Below the pieces are notes generated by a model. It ran no database searches and was not told the DNA's origin. It saw only the letters and a list, made by a program, of their open reading frames with translations. A program made the translations under genes and the position numbers. Shown here in pieces: positions 51,615-64,000 of a stretch of DNA of 64,000 bases (its first letter is position 1; every line of letters begins with the position of its first letter). Source of the stretch: Hypanus sabinus (Eukaryota); NCBI RefSeq assembly GCF_030144855.1, contig NW_026781537.1, positions 62,001 to 126,000 of the forward strand. The letters are read 5' to 3'.

Positions 51615-52454
51615 TTTGACGAATGAGGAGCAACTCCGATGGGAAGAAGGGTACAGAATCGCCAATGCCCCCCCCCCATCCTTTTGGAGAATCGCAAATC
51701 GCTACTATTCCGATGCTGTTATCAAAGGGAATGAGAGATATAAACAGCTCATAACAAATTTATGAGAGAGGGGCACAGCACAGGTTGGAATGTATCCTAT
51801 TGACAAAGAGAGAGATTACTGCTATAGTCCCTTGGAGAAAGATTCGTGTATTGAGTACTGTTCGATTCATTGAAACCCCGCAGGGGGCAACCAGAGTGGT
51901 CTGGTTGAGGGATTGCATCATCCCTACCTGGTTGACTTCTGAGACCCCGTGAGTGGGGGAGAAAAGTAAGGGTCTGGAGAACACCCCTCAGACGCACCAG
52001 AAGAGACGCTACGAGACCGGTGGGGGCTGGTGTGTGTGTCCACCCTTGCCTGGGTGACGAATCCTCCACGGAACGGTCTAGCTAAAGGACGGAGACGGAT
52101 CAAGACCGTAAAAGTAAAGTCGGCACGTTACTCTCACTCTCTCTCTCTCTCTCTGTCTCCAACAATTGCAACACAGTGAACAAAAACTACTGCAGCCAGT
52201 ATGAACTGAACTGAACCTTATATTTCCATCAGACTATTCATTATCCCCGAGACAACGATAGAGCTTATTTCTTATTGATTATTATTAAACCTGCACTTTT
52301 AGGTTTAGAATTGATGACGTATATTATCTGTATATTTGCATTGATATTACTTTTGTGTATTTTTACTAATAAATACTGTTAAAATAGTATCATCAGACTT
52401 CAACGGATACTCCTATCTTTGCCAGTAAGACACCCAGTTACGGGGTTGGTAAGA
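51615..52454 (+). mobile_element. Degenerate solo LTR
   Basis: Insertion relative to paralogous sites at about 20730 and 57600; decayed termini 'tttgacg' and 'ggtaaga'; GGAG/AGAG flanks; AATAAA at about 52368. Confidence 0.7.
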
Positions 52455-53759
52455 AGAGAGAGTGAAGGGACTATTCCTCACTCTGAACTGACGGCTGCAA
52501 GCGATGACAAGCTGTCTGTGTGAGGGGCGAGTGCATGAGCTGGGCTTGTATTCTCTGGAATTGTGAGGAGAATTAATGGATTCTGTCAGGTAATTCGACC
52601 GACTGCTGGGAGGATGTTTCCCTTGAATGAAAATTCTATTACCATGGGTCATAAACTCAGAATGAAGGAAATGATAATCAGAATGGGGTGGAAAATAAAT
52701 TGCCCTCATCAGTGATTATTTCTCCAGTTAGTCAGTTCGGTACAGGAAGAGACAATTTAGTCTGTGATGTTGGGCCGATATGATTAAGCCCGTAATGCCC
52801 AATTAAACTAATCACCCTGTCTGCAAGTACTCTATATCTGACCCTTCTCTGTGGATTTGCTATCCTATCTCAGACTCTTATAATTACCACTGCCTTCACA
52901 ACAACGCTAGAACTGCATTCTAGACACCCGCAACTCACTGCTTTGGTTTGTTTTAATCATTTCCGCACACATCTCCTTTGAACATTTTTCTCTCTCACCT
53001 CAACTACATGTCCTCTGTTATCGGATACTTAAATTCTTTGAGAAAGGTTACAGTTGCATACTGTATTTATGCCTTTCCATCGCCCCTTGGTGGCTGCCAT
53101 TCTGGAAAGAATAACTCAATTTCTTTCAAATCCTCCTTTTAGATCCCCTCCGGATGAAACTTTGCTAAAAATTTCCAAAGCCTCGGCTTCTTTCTGATAA
53201 CGGGGCGACGGAAGCCAATGTTAAACTCCAGACGGAATCTAACCAGAGATGGATAAAGCGGCAACATCACTTTCTTTATGACAAGAATGATCCTCCCAGT
53301 TATTGCCTAGGCTTCTGCCATCCGGAAAGAACTGTTTAAGTTTGTGCAATTTCAGCAACTTGAGACCTTGTAGACCTTCTCTTAAAGGTCCTCCCGATAA
53401 CCTCCTCTATCCCATTTCCAAATCCTTGTCATCTTCCCTATAATGGAGCGACTGAAACTAAATTCAATATTGCACAGGCAACATGACCAGAGCTCTATAG
53501 AAAACCAAAGTTCTCTGGACGAGGACGAACCGACGGGTGTGAGCTGGTTCTGCGATGTCCCGAGAAGCAATAGGTGGGAGAGTGCTGGAGGACGTTTGCT
53601 CTGCACACGGACAGGTGGATACAGTGATCATCCGAATTGAACGGCCACAGCACCTCCTCCCTCAAGCGCAAAGAGCTTGCTCGACAGGAAGCTGAGCATG
53701 AAATTGACATTCCGGATAAACAGGACTAGCCAGAAATGAACGAACGAGAACGAAGGGGT

Positions 53760-54870
53760 CAATGAGGAAAAGACCAGATTAATTATTTGCTTAAGGGTTT
53801 CAATTATCGTAAATATTAGTGAACGTTACGATCATGGGACGGTAGTTCGACTAAATGGCGGGTAAATATGTTTTTATCCAAACAGGCGATGATCTGACGG
53901 GAGTGGTTCTGTCTGTTCCCATTGGAGTATCTGGAGAGGCGGGGCCATGGGCCGTCCATACTTTCAGAGAAGTGTGGAGTTAACGAGAGAGTGCTGAATT
54001 GGAAGTAGAGTTTCCCGTAACTGACGCCAAAGACTTTAAAGACAAGTTGCTCACGTTTCTGCGGAGTGAGGCGAAGAAGCTGTCTGATGTGAACGGTCTG
54101 ATGATTCATTCAGAAGTTGACTTAAATTCTGAACTCGGTTTGGCTTTACATCTCTGGCTGATAAATGCACAGGTATTTCTTCGGAGAGTCGAAGTTATTG
54201 TCGCGTTGGAATGTTCGGTGGCATCAAGTCCACATCCGATGGGGATGAAGAATATGAGGCTTGGGCTGAGCAGACTTCTCAGTTACTGGGTGAATAATAT
54301 GAGGAAACTGCGACTGGCAGAGAGCTTATATAGCTGATATAGCGAGTTTCCTAAAGGCGAAAATTCTGTTGCCACATCAGCGAGTTAATTGCAAACTCTG
54401 GAAGATGCTATTGCCACTGCTGAAAGCGCAGCCGATCTGAGGATGAAGGTCAGGTACATATTATAGTAATAAGGAGCTATTTGCTTGCCTACATTTTCAG
54501 ATTGGCGAAGCTGCTGCACTGTTTGATCTACAAAGGGTGCATTCAACTGTATAAGAGATATTGAGGAAAAGAAAATTGTGAAGAGCGGGTTGTCACATAA
54601 CGTGAATGCTCTACGTATTCGAATGACCCGAAAGATGCGGCCTCTTCCGACTTTACTCAGAGATGTTATAGAGCAGGAAAACAAGATGGAGAAGTGGGAG
54701 GCCTCCATCACCAGAGCAAAGTTCTCTGTAGAAACCTATGTTACTGAAGCGCCCTTAACGTCACACAAATGTGGGTTTTGCAGGTCGTCGAGAAACATCT
54801 GACGACCGACGTAATTGGGATGATCTCGGTTGGAGCTGCCACCAAGCACCAAAGGCCGAATGGTACGTAC
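53760..54870 (+). mobile_element. PNMA-type Gypsy gag remnant (copy 2)
   Basis: ORFs 53999-54337 and 54578-54802 (LPTLLRDVIEQE); DEEYEAWAEQTSQLL in another frame. Confidence 0.7.
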
Positions 54871-55646
54871 GCGTGGGTATCTGGTACATGTCACGTGACC
54901 ATTACGTGATTGAGGCTATACTAGAGATGAGGTAATGGTCTTGTGATGGTGGAGTGACGTCATCTCCCCGCCAGTCAGAGGTCATGTGATAGTTTTGTTC
55001 AACAGGGTACAAAAGGAGAACTTTTTACAGTATGTATAATTATATGGATAACATAATACATTTCACAGTGTTGGTAGTTTTGAATCAACACGTCGGTTTT
55101 GTTAATTGATCAGCAACGATGTCATTGTGTTGACTAGCAACTGCTTCACTTTCTGTCACACAGCTCACTTTTACTGAATATTCTCAGTCTTTCTGCTGCA
55201 ACAGGGAGCTCCTCAAATTTGCTGAATCATTACAATCCACTGTTTGATCAAGACACTTACCTCAGACAACCGCTCACATACCAAAGCAGACAATCAATTA
55301 GCATCATCCCCGCGGCAGTATAAACACAGTATTTGCAAATGCAGTGTAGCTGCTTCGAGACCAATATCACAGAGACCTGAGCATCACGTTATTGAACACA
55401 AACCGCTGGAAGATATCTGCCTGTCCCACTGATGTCTTCTGATTTTGGTGGATTCGCTGAATGCTTACAACGGTTTATTTTTAGATCCAGATACCAGAAT
55501 CCACAGTCGCTGTTTTGATTCCATTCCTAGAATGCCGAACACTAGGACTTGACATGCGGCTATGGAAACCAGCGACAGAAACAATCATTACATTGGCATT
55601 AACTTCAATTCCCCCTTCCCCGACGGCAGCCGATAACACAGCTTAC

Positions 55647-55716
55647 CGAGAATTCCAAAGCCTGAAATAAAAGGATAGTAAACTTCTCCTATCCGCAAAA
55701 GGACCGGATAACCCAT
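55647..55716 (-). CDS. Third intact GPCR exon 1 with no exon 2 of its own; candidate distal first exon of gene B
   Basis: MGYPVLLRIGEVYYPFISGFGIL plus 1 nt, donor GTAAGC, TATAAA at about 55802-55807 on minus. Confidence 0.65.
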
Positions 55717-58700
55717 TTCCGTGATAAACTGCCAATTGCTTTGCTTCTGAATTCACAGCTCCTTCAGAAACACTGAGTTAATGTATTCAAAACGGCCTTG
55801 ATTTATAGAAATGATCAGTCTCCAGAGATATGGTTATGCCGATGACTGACTGCAGTCACTTGAACAATCATCGTAATTAAACACCATTCATTGTCTCTGA
55901 TGTAAATATTGGGCCGATAGAAGACTACTACTAAATTCCTAGGCATGACCTCAGCGGTTGCTCACCTAGTGGAAAGAATGTCGGAGGTCCATTGACAAAC
56001 ACCCGAAGCAGCCGCATTACAGATACTTTTTTTTTGTCCGCCAAATATCAATTTGTAAAAAGAGTTCAACCACACTTCCGACGCCTAGCATTTCTCCCTG
56101 TAGTTTTCCATATTCAACACTATGCTTACCACACACACGCACACACACATGCACGAGTTGACAGTGTTCAGATGACCACGACGCTGATGTACAAATCATG
56201 AGTTAATTTGCAGATGCTATAAATTCAAGGCAACACACACAAAGTGCTGGTGCAGAGCAGCCGCTCCTCTCCGACATACAAGATGTGTTACAGAGCAGAG
56301 ACACAGACAGCTCACTAGTTCCACAGTTTCAGAGAGCAGAGAAATTCAGATACAGTCACACACTGAACCGAAGGCCCAGACGCAGATTACCAATACCACA
56401 GATGGTCAGGATTTCCTTTGAATTCTGCACAACTGTCCTACAGGTAGAGACACAGACCCAATCCGAAATCCCTACTCACGGGGCTGACAGTGTCACTGTG
56501 ACTTCAGGATTGGACACACAGATGGAAAATTGGGAACTGATGAATGTGGTATTGGCAGAACTTAAGACAACTTCGGATAAGCATATGGGCTTCTGGGTAA
56601 TATGCGTGTGTGTGAATTAGTCAGCAGTACAATGTGAGATGCAGGAAATAAATGGACCACACTCAAACCTTTCGGTAACTCAGGGATTGTGGTAGAGACC
56701 CCAGCTGTTCACAGTCTACAGTGGAGATTTGGATATGAGGACGAACTATATTATATCCACGTCGGCTGTTGGAAAGAGCTGAATAGCAGGGCTAGTAGTG
56801 GGAAGGGAGCAGCGAGGGCTTGGGGATGCAAACAGAAGGAGTGAAGGTGTAGCAGACGGACAGAATATAGGGTTATTCGGGGACATTCTCTCCCAGAGGG
56901 ACAAACTAGAAAATCAATATTTACATGGGGCCGGAGTGTCCGGTTCGGAGGGCCCTGACGTTCCTGGTCAACAAATCACTAAGAGTTAACATTCAGGTAC
57001 AGTAAATAATTAGGGAGCCAAACAGATTTTTGTGTTGTGATGCAGGAGAATTGGAGAACAGTTATACGGATGTCTTACTGGGAGGTGCTCTGCGGGGTGC
57101 GGTGAGAATGCACCATGAATATTAGATCCAGGTTTTGTCACCCTTCCTTGTGAAACTTATCCCTGTTGAAGAGACGGGGCCGAAACTATCCCTCACACTG
57201 ACAGTATAGATCCGGGGATGGCACACTTGTTGAGTGGGGGAGAGTGTGTCTGCATTCCTTGGAACTGTGAGGAGAATTGCTGAGATTTTTCAGATCGGTC
57301 AGACCAATTGCAGGGAGGATGTTTCCCCTGAACGATGATTACATTACCATTTGTCACAGTCCCAGAATGAAGGAACGGATATTCAGGAAGGAGTGGAAAA
57401 CAAATGTTCTTAATCAATGATTCTCTTTTCAGTTAAAACATACAACAGTGCAGGACAGGAGGAAGCCATTTGGTCTGTGGTGTTGGGCTGACGTAAGTAA
57501 GCCAGTGGTGCTTCATTAAATTAATCCCTCTGCCTGAATGCACATTGAGTATTATTTCCATGTCTAGTCACAGTTCCCCAAGAAAGTTATCCCTGAAACA
57601 GAGAGAGCGACGGGACTATTCATTACACTGAGTTGACAGCTTCAGGAGATGACAGGCTGAGCCTGTGTTGTCTGAAATCGTGAGGATCATTGAAGGATTC
57701 CTTCAGTTATTTCCGACCGATTGCTGGGAGGATGGTTCGCTTGAATGAAAATTCTTTTCCAATGGGTTTCAGACGCAGAATGAAGGGAATAATATTTACA
57801 ATGGAGTGGAAAATAAATTTCCCTCATCAATGATTATTTCTCCAGTTAGACATTGCGGTACAGGAAGAGACCCTTAGTCTGTGGTGGTGGGCTGATATGA
57901 TTAAGTCGGTGATGCATAATTAATTAAATCTCCCTGCCCGCGGTTTGTCTATACAAACACCCAGACACCCGTAAACCTCTGTTTTGTTTTATTTTAAACA
58001 TTTCTCCCATAAATCTCCTTCGAACATTTTCCTCTCTCATCTCAACTGCATGTCCTCTCTTGATACTGTGAGAAAGGTTACATTTGCTTACTGTATTTAT
58101 GACTGTTATAAGCCTCTCTATCTCCCCTTGGTGGCCCCCACTCTGGAAGGAATAACACAAGTTCGTGAAAATCCTCCTTTTAGATCTCTTCCCTATAAAC
58201 CTCTTCGAAACTCTTTCCGAAGCCTTGGTCTCTATTTTATAACGGGGCAACCGAAGCAAATTTTAAACTCCAGACGGAACCTAACCAGAGATTGATAAAG
58301 CGTCAACATCACTTCCTTTCATGACAATAAGGATCTTCTCAGTTATTGCCTTGGCTTCTGCCATTCCGGAAAGAGCAATTCAATTTCGTGCAATTTCTGC
58401 ATCTTGAGGCCTTGTAAATATCCTCCCAAAGTCCTCTTTATATCCTCCTGTATTCCCTTTCCAAATCCTCATCATCCACCTTATAATGGAGCGACTGAAG
58501 CTGAATGCAATATTCCACGTGCCACCTGACCAGAGTTCTATAGAAAACGGGAGTTCTCTGGACAAGGACGAAACGTCGGGAGTGTGCTTGTTCTGCAATG
58601 TCCCGACAAGCAGTAGGCGGGGGAGTGCTGTAGGATGTTTGCTCTGCATGCGGACAGGTGTATATAGTGATCAGCCGAAGAGAACCGCCAGAGCACCTCC

Positions 58701-58799
58701 TCATTCAAGCAAAATGAAGCTGCCCGACAGGAAGCAGAGCATGGTATTCACATTCCGAGTAAACTAGTCACAAATGGACAAGCGAGAACGAAGGGGTCA

Positions 58800-60940
58800 A
58801 TGAGGAAAATACCAGATTAATTAATTGCTTAAGGGATTTAATTATCGTAAATATGAGTGAAAGTTACGATCATGGGACGATAATTTGACTAAATGGCGGG
58901 TAAATATGTTTTTGTCCAAACTGGCGATTACCTGAGGGAGTGGATCTACCTGTTCCCATTGGAGTATCTGGAGAGACGGGGCCATGGGTCGGCCATACTT
59001 TCAGAGCAGAGCGGAGTCAAGGAGAGAGTGCTGAATTGCAAGTCGAGTTTCCCGTAACTGACGCCAAAGACTTTAAAGACAAGCTGATCTCGTTTCTGCG
59101 GAGTGAGGCGAAGAAGCTGTCTGATATGAACGGTCTAATGATTCATTCAGCAGTTGATTTAAATTGTGAACTCGGTTTGGCTTTACATCTCTGGCTGATA
59201 ACTGCAGAGAGATTTCTTCGGAAAGCCAGTTTTGTAGGCTTGGAAAGTTCGGTGGCATCAAGCCCATATCCGATGAGGGTGAAGAATATGAGGCTTCGGC
59301 AGAGCAGACCTCTCAGTTACTGGATGCATAATACGAGGGCACTGACACTGGTAGAGAGATTAAACGGTCCGTCTGCTGATATAGCGAGTTTACTAAAGGC
59401 AGAACATTTATTGCCTCTTCAGCGAGTTACCTGCAAGCTCTGGTAGATGTTATTGACATTGCTGAAAGCGCAGCCGATAGGAGGATGAATTTTAGCCACT
59501 AAATTGCTTGCCTACATTTTCAGATTGGTGAAGCTGCTGCTCTGTTTGATCTACAAAAGGATGCATTCAACTATTTGAGAGATATTGAGGAAGAGCAAAT
59601 TGTGAAGAGCGGGTTGTCACATGACGGGATTGCTCTACTTATTCGAATGTCCCAAAAGATGAGTCCTCCTCCATCATTATAATGAATTACTAAGAGAAGT
59701 TAGAGAGCAGGAAAACAAGATGGAGGAGTAGGAGGCCTGCATCATCTGGGCAAAGTTCCTGGTTGTGGGCTCTGTTGTTAAAGCGCCCTTAACATCACAC
59801 AAATACGGGTTATGCAGGTCGTCGTGAAATATCTGACGACCGACGTAATTATGAAGATATCGTTTGCAGCCGCCACCAAACACCAAGGGCCAATAGGACG
59901 CCCGACCCACTGGTGCGATGTACCGAGGCGAGGGCTGCTACTGAGCAGCGTCCTTAGAACAGCGCAGTGACCAGTGTTTTCTGTTGCAATTGAGGGGAGT
60001 ATAAACATTTTAACTGGTAGAGCGAAAGACATGAAAGTCTTCGGAAAGTTAATCAGCGGTTAATCAAATAACAAAGCAAATAGGTAAAACTACAGAGGGA
60101 CACAGTGAAGGAACGGGATGACGTTTTCTAGTGGATACGTAACTATCAGTGTATCAAGGCTCAGACTAAAGTTAAAAAAAAATATTCCCGAAGGGTTAGT
60201 GAGACCAAGCTCTGATGTATCTAGGCGAAGTGAAGGAGTATATGTTAGAGCCATAACTGACCACTGGTTCTGAAGTTACTTTGCTTTGTAGATCCATTTA
60301 CATCCGATGTTTGACGCACTTGCCATTGGCGCCAGTGTGTGCCCTTGATATTCCGCGGCTTAGTACTGATGGTTACCCCTCCGATGGTAACTTTTCGTCA
60401 ATGCTGGAGTTTATGGAAACATATGTTGGAGTAACTGAGACTATTGACACAACACTGTTGTTGAGCCCGGATTGGATTGAAAAGGATGGAATTTTTATTC
60501 TTGTGAGAAGGCGCCAAAGAGAATGAGAAGCGAGAAATACAGAGAACTTTTTGAACACCTTGTCCATTCACCCCGTGTTCAGAGCCGCTTTTGAGAAGGT
60601 GCAAGTTCCTGTTAAATAGGATGATGAGCGCAAAAGAGGAACTGTGAGTTCTGTCATGGATACGTTCTGGGAACAGCTGGAGCAACAGGAAACCCTACAT
60701 TTGCTGAAATTTTCGAAAAGTGGAAACAAGGATTGACTGATAACATGTTGGAACGCGAAGACGCCTTTTCCAATGGAAAATCGGAATTTGAATTCGCCAC
60801 ACTGTTGGAGCAATCGAGGGAACCCTTTTCCGAGAGAGGTTTTGCCGACTGGTTCCAGCAGGGGATCAAGATATTTATCAGCTACTGAAGTCACCGAAGG
60901 AAGCTAAGTTTAGTCATGGAGCAGGAGCGCCTAAGCCGCC
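58800..60940 (+). mobile_element. PNMA-type Gypsy gag-protease remnant (copy 3)
   Basis: ORF 58940-59446 (ERLNGPSADI); protease-like 'actggttctgaagttactttgct' (TGSEVTLL) near 60263. Confidence 0.7.
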
Positions 60941-61225
60941 GGGAGACACGACTGATGGACACGGGGAGAGTCGGTCCAGTAGTCAACTGGGAGACACGAG
61001 TGATAGACACGGGGAGACACGGTCCAGTATTTTACCGGGACACATAAGTGATAGACACGTGGAGACACCATCCACTAGTCAGCCGGGAGAAACGAGTGTC
61101 AGACACGGGGAGACTCGGTCCAGTAGTTTACCGGGACACATAAGTGATAGACACGGAGAGACACCATCCAGTAGTCAGCCAGGAGATATGGGTGATAGAC
61201 ATGGAAGACACGGTCCAGTAGTCTG
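60940..61225. repeat. Degenerate minisatellite, unit about 42 bp
   Basis: Unit approximately GTGATAGACACGGGGAGACACGGTCCAGTAGTCAGCCGGGAGACACGA; shorter mirror array at 16360-16490. Confidence 0.85.
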
Positions 61226-61254
61226 TAAGGGTCACAAGCGCTGATTTAATGCGC

Positions 61255-61830
61255 AAACCATTCATTTTCCTGAATCCCCGAGAGTAGAGACCTAGAACCG
61301 TCACATTCTTCTCGCATGACAAAGCTTTCAACCCTGGAGTGATTTTCATAAACCACCTTTGAACCGTCTCCAGTAACAGCACACCCTGTCTAGGACTAGG
61401 TGCTCCAAACTGCTCACAGTACTCAATGGGCATTTCATCCGAAATCTACATCGCTGCATCCATACTCCATTCCTCTCGAAATGATCACGAACATCGCATT
61501 GGCCTTCCTCACCACTTTGGCAAACTGCATATTAACATTTTGGGAATACTGTACGAGGAACTAGAGTCCATTTACACCTTAGATTTTCCAATTTCCTCTG
61601 CGTTGAGAAAAGAGCCTTCTATTTTATTTCTTCTACTTAAGGGCAGGACCATATGTTTCCTGACAGTATGGACTATCTGCACCTTCTTTGCCCATTCTCT
61701 TAATCTGTCCCCGTCCTTTTGTAGCCTTTCTGCTTCCTACAGATATCCTGCACCTCCACCTATGTTCATCCTGACCGCAAACCTGTCCGTATGATCATCA
61801 ATTCCAACATCCAATTCATTAACATATAAA
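61255..61830 (-). mobile_element. CR1-family fragment (mirror of 15890-16325)
   Basis: Reverse-complement match. Confidence 0.7.
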
Positions 61831-62074
61831 ATAAAAATATTCATCCATCCATCAGGTCAACTGTATCCTGCATTTCTGTCTGATATTGTGCTACCTCAAT
61901 TGCAAAACTCTTTACATATCATCTAGTACGCCTATATTGTCTAAGGTTTGTTCTTATAACTTTCGAAATCATGTTTACTATCTGCATTAAATGTTTGAGC
62001 TTTACTTGAATAATTTAAAATCGTGCATGTTCGATCCTCTGTCAAGGTGTAATTCGTCTGAGAGAAGAGTAAGA

Positions 62075-63912
62075 AATTACTTAAGAAATAAATCAGGAGG
62101 GATAAAAGAAGACATGAGGTTGCTTTCCAGTCAGGGTGAAGGATAATCCTAAGGTATGTTAAGAGCAAAAGGATATTTAGAGATAAAATTGGTCCATTTG
62201 AAGATCAGAGTGGTCGGCTATAAAATAAATGGGAGAGATATTAAATGTTTTTTTTTGCATCTGTATTTACTAAAGAAGCTGGAATGGAGTTTATGGAACC
62301 AAGGCAAACAAGTAGGGAGTTCATGGAATTCATACAGATTAAAGAGGAGGAGGTGCTTGCTGTCTTGAGGTAAATCAGAGTAGATAAATCCCCAGGACTT
62401 GACAGGGCATTCCCTTGGACGTTGAAGGAGACTAGTTTCCTGGCAGGGGCCCTGGCAGAAATATTTAGCATGTCGATATCCACGGGTCAGCTTCCGGAGG
62501 ATTGGAGGATAGCTCATCTAGTTCCGTAGTTTAAAAAAAAAGGCTCAAAAAGGAAGCCGGGAAATTATAGGCCGGTAGTAGGTAAATTATTGGAAGGAAT
62601 TTTAAGAGATAGGATCTACAAATATTTGGATAGACAGGGACTTATTAGAAAAAGTCAGCATGGCTTTGTGCGTGGTTCGTCATGTTTAACCAATCTATTA
62701 GGGTTTTCCGGGGAGGTTACAAGGAAAGTGGATGAAGGGATGGCAGTGGATATTGTATACATGGACTTCAGTAAGGCATTGACAAGGTCACGCACAGGAG
62801 GTTAGTTAGGAAAATTCAGTCACTAGGTATACATGGAGAGGTACTGAAATGGATTTGACATTGGCTGAATGGAAGAAGCCAGAGAGTGGTAGTGGAGGAT
62901 TGCTACTCTGAGTGGAGGCCTGTGACTATGGTGTGCCACAGTGATCAGTGCTGGGTCCATTGTTGTTTGTCAGCTATATCAATGATCAGGATGGTAATGT
63001 GGCAAATTGGATCAGCAAATTTGCAGATGATATAAAGATTGGACGTGTTGTGGACAGTTAGGGAGGTTTTCAAAGCTTGCAGAAGGATTTGGACCAGTTG
63101 AAGGAATGGGCTGAAAAATGACAGATGTAGATTAATGCGGACATGTGTGAGGTATTCCACTTCGGAAGGTCAAACCAAGGCAGAACATACAAGGTAAATG
63201 GTAGGACACTGAGGATTGCAGTAGAACAGAAGGATCTGACAGTACAGCTACATAATTCCCTGAAAGTGTCTTTCAGCTAGGTAGGGTTGTAAAGAAAGCT
63301 TTTGGTACATTGTCCTTTATAAATCAATGTATTGAGTATAAGAGTTGGAATGTAATGGTGAGGTTCTACAAGACATTGGTGAGACCGAATCTGTAGTATT
63401 GGATGCAGTTTTGGTCACCTAATTACAGGAAGAATATTAATAAGGTTGAAAGAGTGCGGAGAGGTTTACAAGGATGTTGCCGGGTCTTGAAAAACTGAGT
63501 TACAGAGAAAGGTTTATTCCCTGGAGCATAGGAGAATGAGGCGTGATTTGATAGAGGTGTATACAATTATCATGGGTATAGATAGAGTGAATGCAAGCAG
63601 GCTTTTTTTCCACTGAGGCTAGGGGAGAGAAAAATAAAACAGAGGTCATGGTTTAAGGGTGAAGGGGGAAAAGTTTAAAGGGGGGCTTCTTCATCTGGAA
63701 AGTGGCGGGAGTGTGGAATGAGCTGCCAGATGAAGTGGTGAATGCGGGCTCACTTTTGACATTTAAGAAAAACGTGGACAGGTATATGGATGAGAGGGGA
63801 TTTGAGTGATATGACCCATGTGCATGTCTGTGGGACTAGGCAGAAAAATGATTCGGCACAGCCAAGAAGGGCCAAAAGGCCTTTTTCAGTGCAGTAATGT
63901 TCTATGGTTTTA
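62075..63912 (+). mobile_element. CR1 LINE 3' 1.8 kb, decayed
   Basis: SQHGFVRGSSCLTNL, VDIVYMDFSKA, SKFADD; tail 'ttctatggtttta'; same 3' flank as the 14630 copy. Confidence 0.92.
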
Positions 63913-64000
63913 TCTGGTTGTCTCTGAGAGAGGTTATATCTAAACAAACTCCAGTGGGCTTCGTAGTCGCCCTGGATTATTACGTAAAATAACAATTAAT

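Larger units (their letters stand above)
49540..59900. repeat. Tandem duplication (about 49540-55020 and about 55040-59900)
   Basis: 49541 'ggataatataatacatttcgcagtgttggtag' matches 55046; exon 1, upstream flank and PNMA-type gag remnant recur in the same order, with different deletions. Confidence 0.9.
46780..64000 (-). repeat. Right arm of the inverted duplication, including an internal tandem duplication; continues past the window end
   Basis: Reverse-complement colinearity with 14543-26974. Confidence 0.92.

Noticed and set aside
53999-59446. Domesticated PNMA-like genes (three copies, including 18871-19203)
   Set aside because: All copies share a frameshift after LNSEL and carry further stops and deletions; they are one dead Gypsy remnant copied with the segmental duplications
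14543-64000. Inverted duplication as an assembly artefact
   Set aside because: The arms differ by many substitutions and by insertions with target-site duplications, far beyond what allelic or false duplication would give

Overview
Eukaryotic, repeat-rich vertebrate DNA. The CR1, Penelope, BEL and Gypsy repertoire and two-exon GPR139/142-like receptors point to a cartilaginous fish, probably a ray (inference). There are two assembly gaps. The dominant structure is an old, large inverted duplication: left arm about 14.5-27.0 kb, right arm about 46.8 kb to past the window end. Each arm carries an intact two-exon, 324-aa orphan class A GPCR gene, and the two genes converge. The right arm also has a tandem duplication that places a second intact promoter/exon 1 upstream of its receptor's exon 2, a candidate alternative first exon. 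The spacer holds a degenerate two-level satellite (about 90-bp core plus about 18-20-bp units) with hairpins at its polarity switches, interrupted by a near-full-length BEL/Pao retrotransposon with a 5-bp TSD. The left part contains a decayed Gypsy element with a tRNA-Trp PBS, L1/CR1/Penelope/Rex fragments and two intron-containing tRNA-Leu-like genes reading TAA. All alignments were made by eye, so coordinates of decayed repeats are approximate.
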